Source: Clostridia bacterium
Lineage (GTDB): Bacteria; Bacillota; Clostridia; Christensenellales; UBA1242
Direction: 5' to 3'
Assembly (NCBI GenBank): GCA_017936585.1
Contig: JAGBFI010000038.1
Span: 46,503 to 110,502, forward strand
DNA: 64,000 nt
The notes under the pieces were generated by a model. That model did not search any database and was not told where the DNA came from. It was given only the letters and a program-made list of their open reading frames with translations. Shown in pieces: positions 28,970 through 36,608 of this stretch; the first letter of the stretch is position 1, and each line of letters opens with the position of its first letter. The translations under genes and the position numbers were made by a program.

Positions 28970-29376
28970 CAGGCTTGTTCTTCCTTCTTTCTTTGAACTA
29001 TGTATGCTTCCACCTCTTCAAGCATCCTAAAGCACGTCTCTTGAGTGTTGTCTTTTGCCACAACAATCTTCAAATCGTCCAATTTGTTGGCAATTTTGCT
29101 GTCCACCAAAAGGGCTTTTTGATTTGTTGTTGGATTGAAAAATCTGATGTTGTCCTTCACTTCCACAAGTCTACGGCAAAGTTCATCATTGCCGTTGGCA
29201 TAAACGATGACGCTTTCAACATTTGCAACCATGTTTTCGATTGACTTTTTGTTTTTAAGAACTCCCTTTGATCCCCCATTCGCCTCGTCTCGTGGTTTTT
29301 TGATGTATTCTCTGCAAATGTAGTACACTGCAAATCCCACCACTGCCAAAATGATAATCACATATAAAGCAACCAT
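28969..29376 (-). CDS. Small (135 aa) N-terminally anchored membrane protein
   Basis: It has a strong AAGGAGGA RBS. The N-terminal TM segment is MVALYVIIILAVVGFAVYYI, followed by a basic stretch and a soluble domain of about 100 aa. I recognise no family. Confidence 0.6.
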   Translation of the reverse strand: MVALYVIIILAVVGFAVYYICREYIKKPRDEANGGSKGVLKNKKSIENMVANVESVIVYANGNDELCRRLVEVKDNIRFFNPTTNQKALLVDSKIANKLDDLKIVVAKDNTQETCFRMLEEVEAYIVQRKKEEQA

Positions 29377-29385
29377 AATTCCTCC

Positions 29386-30213
29386 TTAAAGTTTTTCGCC
29401 ACATTTGCTGCAGAACAGCGCATCATCCGCATTTTTCGCAAAGCACTTTGGGCATTTGTTTCCAATTTTCACTTTCATTCCGCACTTGTTGCAAAACTTT
29501 GCATCTTCTGGCAAGCTTGCGCCGCATCCTCTGCACACAAAGCTTTGAGATTTTTTCATGTTTTTGTATGCATTGTTAAGTTTCGCATAGTCCTGCTCAT
29601 CAATGATAATGTTTGCAATGTTGAAAGAAAAAACCGCAATTCCATATTCACTTTGAAGCTTGTGACTGAGTGCCGTCAGCACTTTTTGTGACATCTCTTT
29701 TTTGCAAACTGCAATTTGATTGAAAAGAACTCTATTTTCTTTGATATAGTCCACAATGACCGTTTCCATCACGGACACGACATTCGACTGCAACCTTTCT
29801 TGCAATGCGTCCGCAGTGAGGTCTTCTGATGCGCCGACAAGATAAAGAAAACTCTTTCTTGGGTCGCCAATCTGCACCTCGAAATCACCGCTGAAGTCGC
29901 AATAATAGTTTTCTTGAAGTTGCTCATCATACATCAAAAGCATTTGAGGCGTTCCCCAAAGCATTTTGAGTTTTGCCGTCTTGGACATGAAAAGAACTTC
30001 CAAAATTGCGTCAACCTCTTCTTTTGTATCCACAAATGCGGAAAGTTGAAATTTTCCTGACGACAAAGTTTGAAGCATCTGCCCATCCTTGATCACAATG
30101 GCGTTGTGAGTTTCAGGCACGATGAGTGTCTTTTTGAAATCGGCTGACTCAAGTTTCACTCTTGAGAATAAGTTGTCATTGTTTCCGCTAAATTTAATTA
30201 TATTTTGTTCCAT
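29386..30213 (-). CDS. SPFH/band-7-like protein with a C-terminal double zinc ribbon (YdjI / COG4260-like)
   Basis: The ATG at 30211-30213 has a GGAG RBS. The body resembles the YdjI / 'virion core protein'-type SPFH family (IVPETHNAIVIKDGQMLQTLSSGKF..., ...EYGIAVFSFNIANIIIDE). The C-terminus is FVCRGCGASLPEDAKFCNKCGMKVKIGNKCPKCFAKNADDALFCSKCG, which is four CxxC pairs forming two zinc ribbons. Confidence 0.65.
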   Translation of the reverse strand: MEQNIIKFSGNNDNLFSRVKLESADFKKTLIVPETHNAIVIKDGQMLQTLSSGKFQLSAFVDTKEEVDAILEVLFMSKTAKLKMLWGTPQMLLMYDEQLQENYYCDFSGDFEVQIGDPRKSFLYLVGASEDLTADALQERLQSNVVSVMETVIVDYIKENRVLFNQIAVCKKEMSQKVLTALSHKLQSEYGIAVFSFNIANIIIDEQDYAKLNNAYKNMKKSQSFVCRGCGASLPEDAKFCNKCGMKVKIGNKCPKCFAKNADDALFCSKCGEKL

Positions 30214-30255
30214 CAAAACTCCATGGGAAGTCAAGATATAAATTCCCTTAGTTGA

Positions 30256-30284
30256 ATTTTAACAAAATAAATGTCAAAAGTCAA
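30256..30284 (-). promoter_or_regulatory. Putative sigma-A promoter of the ESCRT-like operon
   Basis: The minus-strand read is TTGACT (30284-30279), a 17-nt spacer, then TAAAAT (30261-30256). It lies about 45 nt upstream of the first ATG of the operon. Confidence 0.5.
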
Positions 30285-30484
30285 AAATATAAACACACTT
30301 TTTCACGATTTTGTCGCTTAATTCACAACAAAAGCCAGACTTTTTTCACAAATTGTTGTTTTTTTGAAACTCTCAAAAAATCTTTCACCTTCTTTAACAT
30401 TTTCTGAAGGTTTGTAATACATTGTTAATGTGTTGATGTTCAACACTTAAAAGTCGTACATAAGAAAACTTTAAGGAGGCACAA

Positions 30485-30703
30485 ATGAACTTTTTTGGAG
30501 GCTCAAATTGTGGAGATGTAGGTAGAGATTGTGGTGGCTGTGGAAACGATTGCTGCTCACTCATCTTCTTACTTTTGCTCTTACAAAACTGTGGCTGCGG
30601 TTGCGGAATGAAAGGCGGAGAAATCTGCATCGATTGCGGAACACTTCTTTTCCTCATTCTTCTTTCAAACTGCGGATGTGGATGTGGCTGCAACTGCAAG
30701 TAA
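30485..30703 (+). CDS. 72-aa Cys/Gly-rich small hydrophobic peptide with an internal duplication
   Basis: A strong AAGGAGG RBS lies 5 nt before the ATG, and a strong terminator follows 45 nt after the stop. The product is MNFFGGSNCGDVGRDCGGCGNDCCSLIFLLLLLQNCGCGCGMKGGEICIDCGTLLFLILLSNCGCGCGCNCK. Confidence 0.7.
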   Translation: MNFFGGSNCGDVGRDCGGCGNDCCSLIFLLLLLQNCGCGCGMKGGEICIDCGTLLFLILLSNCGCGCGCNCK

Positions 30704-30748
30704 TTCAAACTTTGCATAAGCACCCCCTGATATATAGACTGCAGCGGA

Positions 30749-30779
30749 AAAGAATCCTCACAATGAGGATTCTTTTTTT
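30749..30779 (+). terminator. Rho-independent terminator of the Cys-rich peptide gene
   Basis: An 11-bp perfect stem AAGAATCCTCA / TGAGGATTCTT with a 3-nt loop is followed by TTTTT. Confidence 0.85.
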
Positions 30780-30961
30780 CTCCTCATTTTATCCCTCGTT
30801 CCTTGCAAACTTATCCATCGCTCACCCCGAAACTTCATGAAGAGCCCATCTTTACGTCAAAATGGCAAAAATTTGGTAGACAATATTCAAAAATCTGTTT
30901 ACTTTTTGAAAAGTTTATTGTACAATAAAGATAATTAAAGCAGTTTTAAAGGAGAAAACAT

Positions 30962-31360
30962 ATGAACGTTGCAAGAAAATATGGTCAAGGAGCAGAACTT
31001 ATTTGGAGTGACAGAAAAAGATTTTTGGGAATGCCTTTGTCATTCACAAGATATCGTCTGGTGAAAAAGCCAGGCGCATGGACAAAACTTTTTTCTGATG
31101 TAGGATTTTTATTCTCATCAATTGATGAGGTGAACATTTACAGAATCTGCGACATCCAATTTCACCAATCTTTGCTTGGAAAAATTCTCAACACCGGAAC
31201 AATCACTCTTCTCAGCAGTGACGAAAGCATGCCAACCTTCATTTTGAAGAACGTGAAAAATCCTCTTCATGTGAGAGACATCTTCTCGACACTCATGGAA
31301 GAACAAAGAAAACTTCACAATGTTCGCCTCACAGAATTTCACGACCACGACAACTATTAA
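30962..31360 (+). CDS. Bacterial PH-domain (bPH_2 / YdbT-like) protein
   Basis: It has an AAAGGAGAA RBS. The segment VNIYRICDIQFHQSLLGKILNTGTITLLSSDESMPTFILKNVKNPLHVRDIF fits the bPH_2 pattern. Confidence 0.55.
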   Translation: MNVARKYGQGAELIWSDRKRFLGMPLSFTRYRLVKKPGAWTKLFSDVGFLFSSIDEVNIYRICDIQFHQSLLGKILNTGTITLLSSDESMPTFILKNVKNPLHVRDIFSTLMEEQRKLHNVRLTEFHDHDNY

Positions 31361-31371
31361 GAAAGAAATAA

Positions 31372-31401
31372 AAACACGCAAATTTTTGCGTGTTTTTTTT
31401 G
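31372..31401. terminator. Bidirectional rho-independent terminator between convergent genes
   Basis: The stem ACACGCAA / TTGCGTGT is flanked by an A-run and a T-run. It lies between the stop at 31360 (+) and the stop at 31427 (-). Confidence 0.75.
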
Positions 31402-31426
31402 TTGTCTTTTTCGCCTCGGCATAGCT

Positions 31427-31621
31427 TTATTTTGACCTTCCATCATCCCCTTCTTTTGTCTTGTCCACAACGTTAAGTTTTGCAGAAAGTTTCTCACACT
31501 TGCTTAAAATCTTTTTGTCCGGTTTGCTGTTTTTTATCCTTTCAAACTCTTCTTGCGAAACAATATAAGCCGACTTCTTTGGCACCGCATACACCATAAA
31601 CTTGTTTTCTTCTTTTTTCAT
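31427..31621 (-). CDS. Small hypothetical protein (64 aa)
   Basis: An AAGGAG RBS lies 6 nt upstream of the ATG at 31619-31621. The product MKKEENKFMVYAVPKKSAYIVSQEEFERIKNSKPDKK... belongs to no family I recognise. Confidence 0.45.
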   Translation of the reverse strand: MKKEENKFMVYAVPKKSAYIVSQEEFERIKNSKPDKKILSKCEKLSAKLNVVDKTKEGDDGRSK

Positions 31622-31722
31622 TTTCAACTCCTTAGTCCTAATTTATTTTAGCACAAAAAATATATACTTAAACTATTTTTTAAAGAAAAAACCTAAACCA
31701 GTGGTTCGGTTTAGGTTTTGAT

Positions 31723-31799
31723 TGGTGGAGATGATCGGATTCGAACCGATGACCCCCTGCTTGCAAGGCAGGTGCTCTAGCCAACTGAGCCACACCCCC
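31723..31799 (-). tRNA. tRNA-Ala (anticodon UGC)
   Basis: The reverse complement is GGGGGTGTGGCTCAGTTGGCTAGAGCACCTGCCTTGCAAGCAGGGGGTCATCGGTTCGAATCCGATCATCTCCACCA. It folds as a cloverleaf with a G3:U70 pair, anticodon loop CTTGCAA, a TTCGAAT T-loop and an encoded CCA. A hairpin plus T-run follows at 31688-31718. Confidence 0.93.
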
Positions 31800-32059
31800 A
31801 TATTGCTCTTGCATTTTAACATATTTAAATTATATTGTCAAGAAATTTTATGAATTTTTCAAAAAAAATACAGAATGCCAATTTGTTCCAATCAAAAAAC
31901 AGGCAAAGCCCTTTGTTTTTACTTGTGAAATCATTTTCTTTTCAACAAACTTCTTTGTGATGTTTTGAAAACTTTAATTTTTCCCCAATCCAAAAAAATT
32001 TTAAAATCATGTTCTTTAATAAAAAAAACAGAGGTTCAACTCTGTCTTTTCTCTGCGTT

Positions 32060-33319
32060 TTATTTTGTTATGTCAACACGGCTTTCTTTTATTTCCTTAT
32101 ATGGCTCATCCACGTACAGCCTTTTTGCATTCACTTTTTCTCGCTCTTCAGCCAAAATTTTGTCAAAATCCAAATTGAGCTGAGTAGCTTTGTTTTTCAA
32201 AGTTGATTTCAAATCCGCAAGCTGGAGCTGTATGCTTGACACAACTTTGCCATCCTCTCTGAGTGCAAAATCATTGAAAGCAATGCAATCTTGCACACAC
32301 TTGGCAACATCTTCTTTGCTTTCCAGTTTAAGATGTTTTTGATATCTGTTCAAACATCCTGACTGAATAACCTCCATCGCGGCATAGGCTTTCGCACAAC
32401 TCTCAGAGCAGTCCTTTTTGACTCCTGTGTCGTCAACAAACTCCGGTCTTTTGAAATCCTTTATGTTGTCCAAATGTCTGCAAAGCACATTGTATGAAAA
32501 TTGTTCTCCCTCTCCAATCTCCAATTCGTTGTTGTCGTTGAACCACGCAAGAAACTCAAGCCCATCCGTAAACTTACTTTTCATGACATCGCCATATGCA
32601 AGGCAGAAACATTCCGCGATTGGATTCAAAATTGAATTGGATGAATCACGATTTCTGCACTTTATGGCAAACTTTTTTCCTTTTGCATTCACTTCAAAAC
32701 TTATCAGGTTGTCATTTCCAACAATGTTGAGAGCCAAAATTTCCGTCATCACTTCTTCCAAATTTTGCCCATAAAGGCAGTTGAATGGATGAGTTTTATA
32801 CCTTTCTCTCACTTGCTTCAGCTTGTCTTGGTCAATCTGCCCTCCCCCACTTGTGTAAACAAATCCAATGCTTGTTCCATTGAAACTTGCGGCATGAATT
32901 AGCTCATGAGTGATGACTTTTGCACGAATTTTCTTTCTCAAACCCTCTTTTTGTCCGCCAGTCTTCACACCCCACATATTCACACGGCCGTCCCAGCAGA
33001 CATCCTTTTCATCTGGCACATAAACTCTTTGCTCTGAAGCCACAAACTCGCTGCAACCATCCTTGCTTTCGGAATGCACAAATTCCTTCACATTGTTGTA
33101 AATCCGATTTAAATAAATGTCCGCAAGGGTCATTGATTGTGCATCATTCAACTTGAAACTTTTGGCATCAGGGATTTCGCCTCGTGCAATCTTTTCGGGA
33201 TAGTTTTTTCCAAAAAAAAGATAGGAAGCCGTTATTGACTCAACAACTTCATCTGTAAAGCCCGGTCTTCCCTCAAAAAGACATTTTAACTTTTGTTTTT
33301 CTTTTGAAAAATCTCTCAT
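32060..33319 (-). CDS. Hypothetical protein with an HExxH zinc-metallopeptidase-like motif
   Basis: The 419-aa product contains KVITHELIHAASFNG. Its start overlaps the upstream stop (ATGA). There is no signal peptide, and I recognise no family. Confidence 0.55.
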   Translation of the reverse strand: MRDFSKEKQKLKCLFEGRPGFTDEVVESITASYLFFGKNYPEKIARGEIPDAKSFKLNDAQSMTLADIYLNRIYNNVKEFVHSESKDGCSEFVASEQRVYVPDEKDVCWDGRVNMWGVKTGGQKEGLRKKIRAKVITHELIHAASFNGTSIGFVYTSGGGQIDQDKLKQVRERYKTHPFNCLYGQNLEEVMTEILALNIVGNDNLISFEVNAKGKKFAIKCRNRDSSNSILNPIAECFCLAYGDVMKSKFTDGLEFLAWFNDNNELEIGEGEQFSYNVLCRHLDNIKDFKRPEFVDDTGVKKDCSESCAKAYAAMEVIQSGCLNRYQKHLKLESKEDVAKCVQDCIAFNDFALREDGKVVSSIQLQLADLKSTLKNKATQLNLDFDKILAEEREKVNAKRLYVDEPYKEIKESRVDITK

Positions 33320-33579
33320 TTCTCTCTTGGTTCAACAAATCCCGCAACACTTTCGCGGTCCTGCAGTTGAAAACGATATTCTTGTTCCACATTTGGATAT
33401 TTCTCTCTGTCAACCTTACTCATGAACATCTCATATGGTCTGACATATCTCTTTCCGCTTCCATAAAGTGCACGATAAAGCACCAGCTTTTCTTTTGTCT
33501 CAGAGTGATACACCACGTCCTCAACCAAATAAAGGTCTCCCTTGAAATGTTTGTAAATTCTTCCTGGAATAAGTTGCAT
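33316..33579 (-). CDS. DUF1653-family protein
   Basis: MQLIPGRIYKHFKGDLYLVEDVVYHSETKEKLVLYRALYGSGKRYVRPYEMF matches the DUF1653 signature (Y.HFKG..Y......HSET.E..V.Y..LYG). The start was taken at the second ATG, which has a GGTGGAG RBS. Confidence 0.7.
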   Translation of the reverse strand: MQLIPGRIYKHFKGDLYLVEDVVYHSETKEKLVLYRALYGSGKRYVRPYEMFMSKVDREKYPNVEQEYRFQLQDRESVAGFVEPREK

Positions 33580-33869
33580 TTTCTCCACCCCCATATTTTT
33601 ATTAAAATGATTTTACATGTTTAAAAAATCTTTGTCAATCTTTTGTCAACATTTTAAAAATATCTTCAATTTAACATTCAGTGAAAACATCAATTCATAG
33701 TTTATTTCCAAAGATTTGATGATATAATCTGGAAAGGTTAACTGAAAAAACTCTTCATTCACATTCATTGATTTTTTTCATTTCTTCTCCAGAATTTCCT
33801 TCTTTTGAAGATTATTTTATATCTTTAAACTTTTCGAAACCTTTTTCATTTAAAATCTCAAAGTTCAAA

Positions 33870-33892
33870 CAAAAAAAGTGGCAATGCCACCC
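33870..33892 (-). terminator. Rho-independent terminator after the XRE-regulator operon
   Basis: The minus-strand read is GTGGC-ATT-GCCAC followed by TTTTTTTG, about 50 nt downstream of the stop at 33942. Confidence 0.6.
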
Positions 33893-33941
33893 TTTTTCTT
33901 TTTTGTGTCGTTTTTCAATGTTACAAAATTTTCCTCCTGCC

Positions 33942-34151
33942 TTAAAAATAAAACAAATTTTCAAACTTCTCATCAAGTGCAATACACAACAAAAGTGCCA
34001 ATTTTGCCGAAGGATTGAACGCGTTTTTCTCGATTGAAATGATTGTCTGTCTTGTTGTTCCAACGAGACGTGCAAGCTCTTCTTGTGAAAGTTTTTTTGC
34101 AAGGCGAGCCTCTTTCAACTTGTTTTTTAAAATCAATTCGTTGTTCATCAC
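33942..34151 (-). CDS. XRE-family helix-turn-helix transcriptional regulator (69 aa)
   Basis: LKEARLAKKLSQEELARLVGTTRQTIISIEKNAFNPSAKLALLLCIAL is a canonical Cro/C1-type HTH. Confidence 0.88.
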   Translation of the reverse strand: MMNNELILKNKLKEARLAKKLSQEELARLVGTTRQTIISIEKNAFNPSAKLALLLCIALDEKFENLFYF

Positions 34152-34480
34152 ATCACTCCCACAACGGTAAGAATGTAAAGAGTTATCATTGTCGCTGCAC
34201 CAGCTGCCTCAAGCACCGCACCAATCAACACCGGCCATGGTCTTTTTGCCACAAAAAATTGGCAAAAATAGAACACACTTGCCCAAATGAAACATACCGC
34301 TGAAATTGCATAAATGGCGGTGAAATGCTGGAAGAGACCTTCAATAATCATGAAAGCAACCGCAACAACGCACGCACAGACAACCGAAATCCAATTTGAT
34401 TTGTTGATTTTTTCTTTCTCCATTTCCCCCACAACTGCTTTTTTGCTTTGTGCCTTTTCGAGAATTTCTTTGTTTTCCAT
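34148..34480 (-). CDS. Small 3-TM membrane protein co-transcribed with the XRE regulator
   Basis: The 110-aa product overlaps the regulator start (ATGATG). It has three hydrophobic helices. This pairing of a membrane protein with a short XRE regulator is common in Bacillota. Confidence 0.6.
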   Translation of the reverse strand: MENKEILEKAQSKKAVVGEMEKEKINKSNWISVVCACVVAVAFMIIEGLFQHFTAIYAISAVCFIWASVFYFCQFFVAKRPWPVLIGAVLEAAGAATMITLYILTVVGVM

Positions 34481-34611
34481 AATTCCTCCTTTAAATTTCT
34501 GTAAAGTTTTATTTACATACGCATTATATGCCTTTATTTTACAAATATCAAGTTTTATTTACATTTTTTAAAAAAAATAAAAGCCACCTTTTTCAAGTGG
34601 TTTTTATTTCT

Positions 34612-35064
34612 TCAGTTTAATATCCACAAAGCAATATTTAAAGTTGTCGCAATGCAAAGCCAAATTGGATAAATTGAAATTATAAGTCCATTCATCGCAT
34701 CCACCTTGCAAATCTCAAAATACAACCTAAGCCCAAACAAAGCATTGATTATGATGATCACATTCCCGAGGAACAGTTGATGAAGAGTAAAGAAAACTAA
34801 ACACCAAAGCACATTTAACACGCCATTTATCATAAGAAGGATGATGTTTTCTTTTGCAAGAGTCTCTCGATTTTGCCATTTAATTAAAACATATGCAAAC
34901 AAAAGATATATCACAGTCCAGACAATTGGAATTACAAAAGAAGGAATCCACTCTCTTGGTTTGTTGAGCCCCTCAAACCACGCCATACCCAATTGAGCAA
35001 ATAAAGTCCCCAACCCCGCAACCAAAATTATTGAACCTAAAATTATAAACACATTCTTTTTCAT
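34612..35064 (-). CDS. tspO: TspO/MBR-family tryptophan-rich sensory protein
   Basis: The 150-aa product has five TM helices. The motifs WFEGLNKPREWIPSFVIPIVWTVIY and NVLWCLVFF are typical of TspO. Confidence 0.8.
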   Translation of the reverse strand: MKKNVFIILGSIILVAGLGTLFAQLGMAWFEGLNKPREWIPSFVIPIVWTVIYLLFAYVLIKWQNRETLAKENIILLMINGVLNVLWCLVFFTLHQLFLGNVIIIINALFGLRLYFEICKVDAMNGLIISIYPIWLCIATTLNIALWILN

Positions 35065-35271
35065 GTTTTTATTTTATGCAAATGTTTAAAATTTATACTA
35101 ACTTCTCAACCCCCATAAACTTCATCAACTAAACACATACGTATGTGTCTGGGCAAACATTTCCTTCGATTAAATCAACTTCTTTCTATTCTAACAAACG
35201 CCTCAAAATCCCCCTAGAAAGTTTGAGGGTATATACAAAAAAAAAGAATAGCGATTTGCTATTCTTTCTTG

Positions 35272-36546
35272 TTAATTTGCTTGTTTTTCTGGAGTATATA
35301 AAATCACAGTAGAACCTTGCACGAAATCGGCATCTTCTGAACTTGCAGATTTGCCATCCATTTTTGTCCCCTTATAATAATTGTTTTCAAAATTATAACT
35401 TACCGTTCCTGTTAAAGCTCCAGTAACAATCCATTGCTCATAACAATTTGAAATATTGTTGTTTTTAACCACAATTTCAACATCTGTACACTTGCCAATT
35501 CTCATTGCTCTTTGTCCATCTATTGCATAATTACCACCTTCAATATAGGACCCAATAACATTTGAAATAGAGTTGTCTTCTATAACAATTTTACCAGAAA
35601 CAAAGCAAGTCGCCGCACTGTGAGATTGAATTGCAATAGCGTTGTGAGATGTGTTTGCTATTTTGTTGTTTTTTACTGTTACATTTTTTGCGTTATATGT
35701 CAAAACTCCTTGGAAATGACCGTCAACTTCACAATCTTCTACAACTATGTTGTTATAAACATTAAATTCCCCCCTAAAACACATTGCTGCAATTGTATTT
35801 GCTTCTTCTGTTGTAAAGTTACAATTTTTTATTGTTATGCCATCAGCTGAGGAATCTGCAATTGCAAAATATAAATTAATTAAAGCTTGTTTGCCAGAAA
35901 AGTTCAAATTTTCAAATGACAAATTTTCTACAGAAATATGTGGATAGTGGGAATTGTTTGTTGTAGGATTTAATATTTCTCTAACTTGATCGTATTTAAC
36001 AAAACCATAAGTATGAGTGCTGCCGTAAACATGTGTTGAATTTAACATTATGCTGTCTGTAAATGTTACACCATCCTCTCCAACAATTTTAACATTCTCA
36101 AACTTTCTAAAATAGTGATAAGGAACATCTGGATGTTCTAAAACATAATCCAATGTTACAGAATCTCCAACTTGCAAATCTGGAGAAGTTCCACCTAAAT
36201 AGTTATGTTTAAAGAAAGTGGAAGTTGTTTTTGAAGGTCTTAATTGTAATTGACCATACGTTCCCTCTTTTAAAACTACAACTTTGTTGTTTACTTCACC
36301 ATCCAAAACTGTTTGAGCAGTGACAGGATCTGCAACAACTGCGTTTTCTATCAAAGTAAGCTCTGTTTCTGTTCCACAATCACATTTGGTGTAAGTATAT
36401 GCTTTTTCTTGTGAATCCACAGTTTTAACTACATAATGTGTTGTGTACGTATGTGTGTGAGGTGGTTCTCCGCAAGCAGTTAAACCAAACAAACCTGCAA
36501 GTATTGTTCCAATCATAACTCCTGCTAAAATTTTGTTCTTTTTCAT
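35272..36546 (-). CDS. Lipoprotein with right-handed parallel beta-helix repeats
   Basis: The signal and lipobox are MKKNKILAGVMIGTILAGLFGLTAC. Beta-helix rungs repeat as ITIKNCNFTT, VVEDCEVDG, VTVKNNKIANTSHNAIAIQ, IVIEDNSISN and VVKNNNISN. Confidence 0.75.
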   Translation of the reverse strand: MKKNKILAGVMIGTILAGLFGLTACGEPPHTHTYTTHYVVKTVDSQEKAYTYTKCDCGTETELTLIENAVVADPVTAQTVLDGEVNNKVVVLKEGTYGQLQLRPSKTTSTFFKHNYLGGTSPDLQVGDSVTLDYVLEHPDVPYHYFRKFENVKIVGEDGVTFTDSIMLNSTHVYGSTHTYGFVKYDQVREILNPTTNNSHYPHISVENLSFENLNFSGKQALINLYFAIADSSADGITIKNCNFTTEEANTIAAMCFRGEFNVYNNIVVEDCEVDGHFQGVLTYNAKNVTVKNNKIANTSHNAIAIQSHSAATCFVSGKIVIEDNSISNVIGSYIEGGNYAIDGQRAMRIGKCTDVEIVVKNNNISNCYEQWIVTGALTGTVSYNFENNYYKGTKMDGKSASSEDADFVQGSTVILYTPEKQAN

Positions 36547-36608
36547 TTCCCCTCCTACAATTTATTGGTCAAAGAAATTAAAACTAATCGCTAAAAAGTT
36601 TTTATTTT

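Noticed and set aside
30394-30723. 109-aa minus-strand ORF rich in Pro/Gln (…PHPHPQ…PQPQPQ…)
   Set aside because: It is the antisense image of the repetitive TGC/GGC/TGT codons of the Cys/Gly-rich peptide gene. The + strand gene has a strong RBS and terminator, and this ORF has neither.
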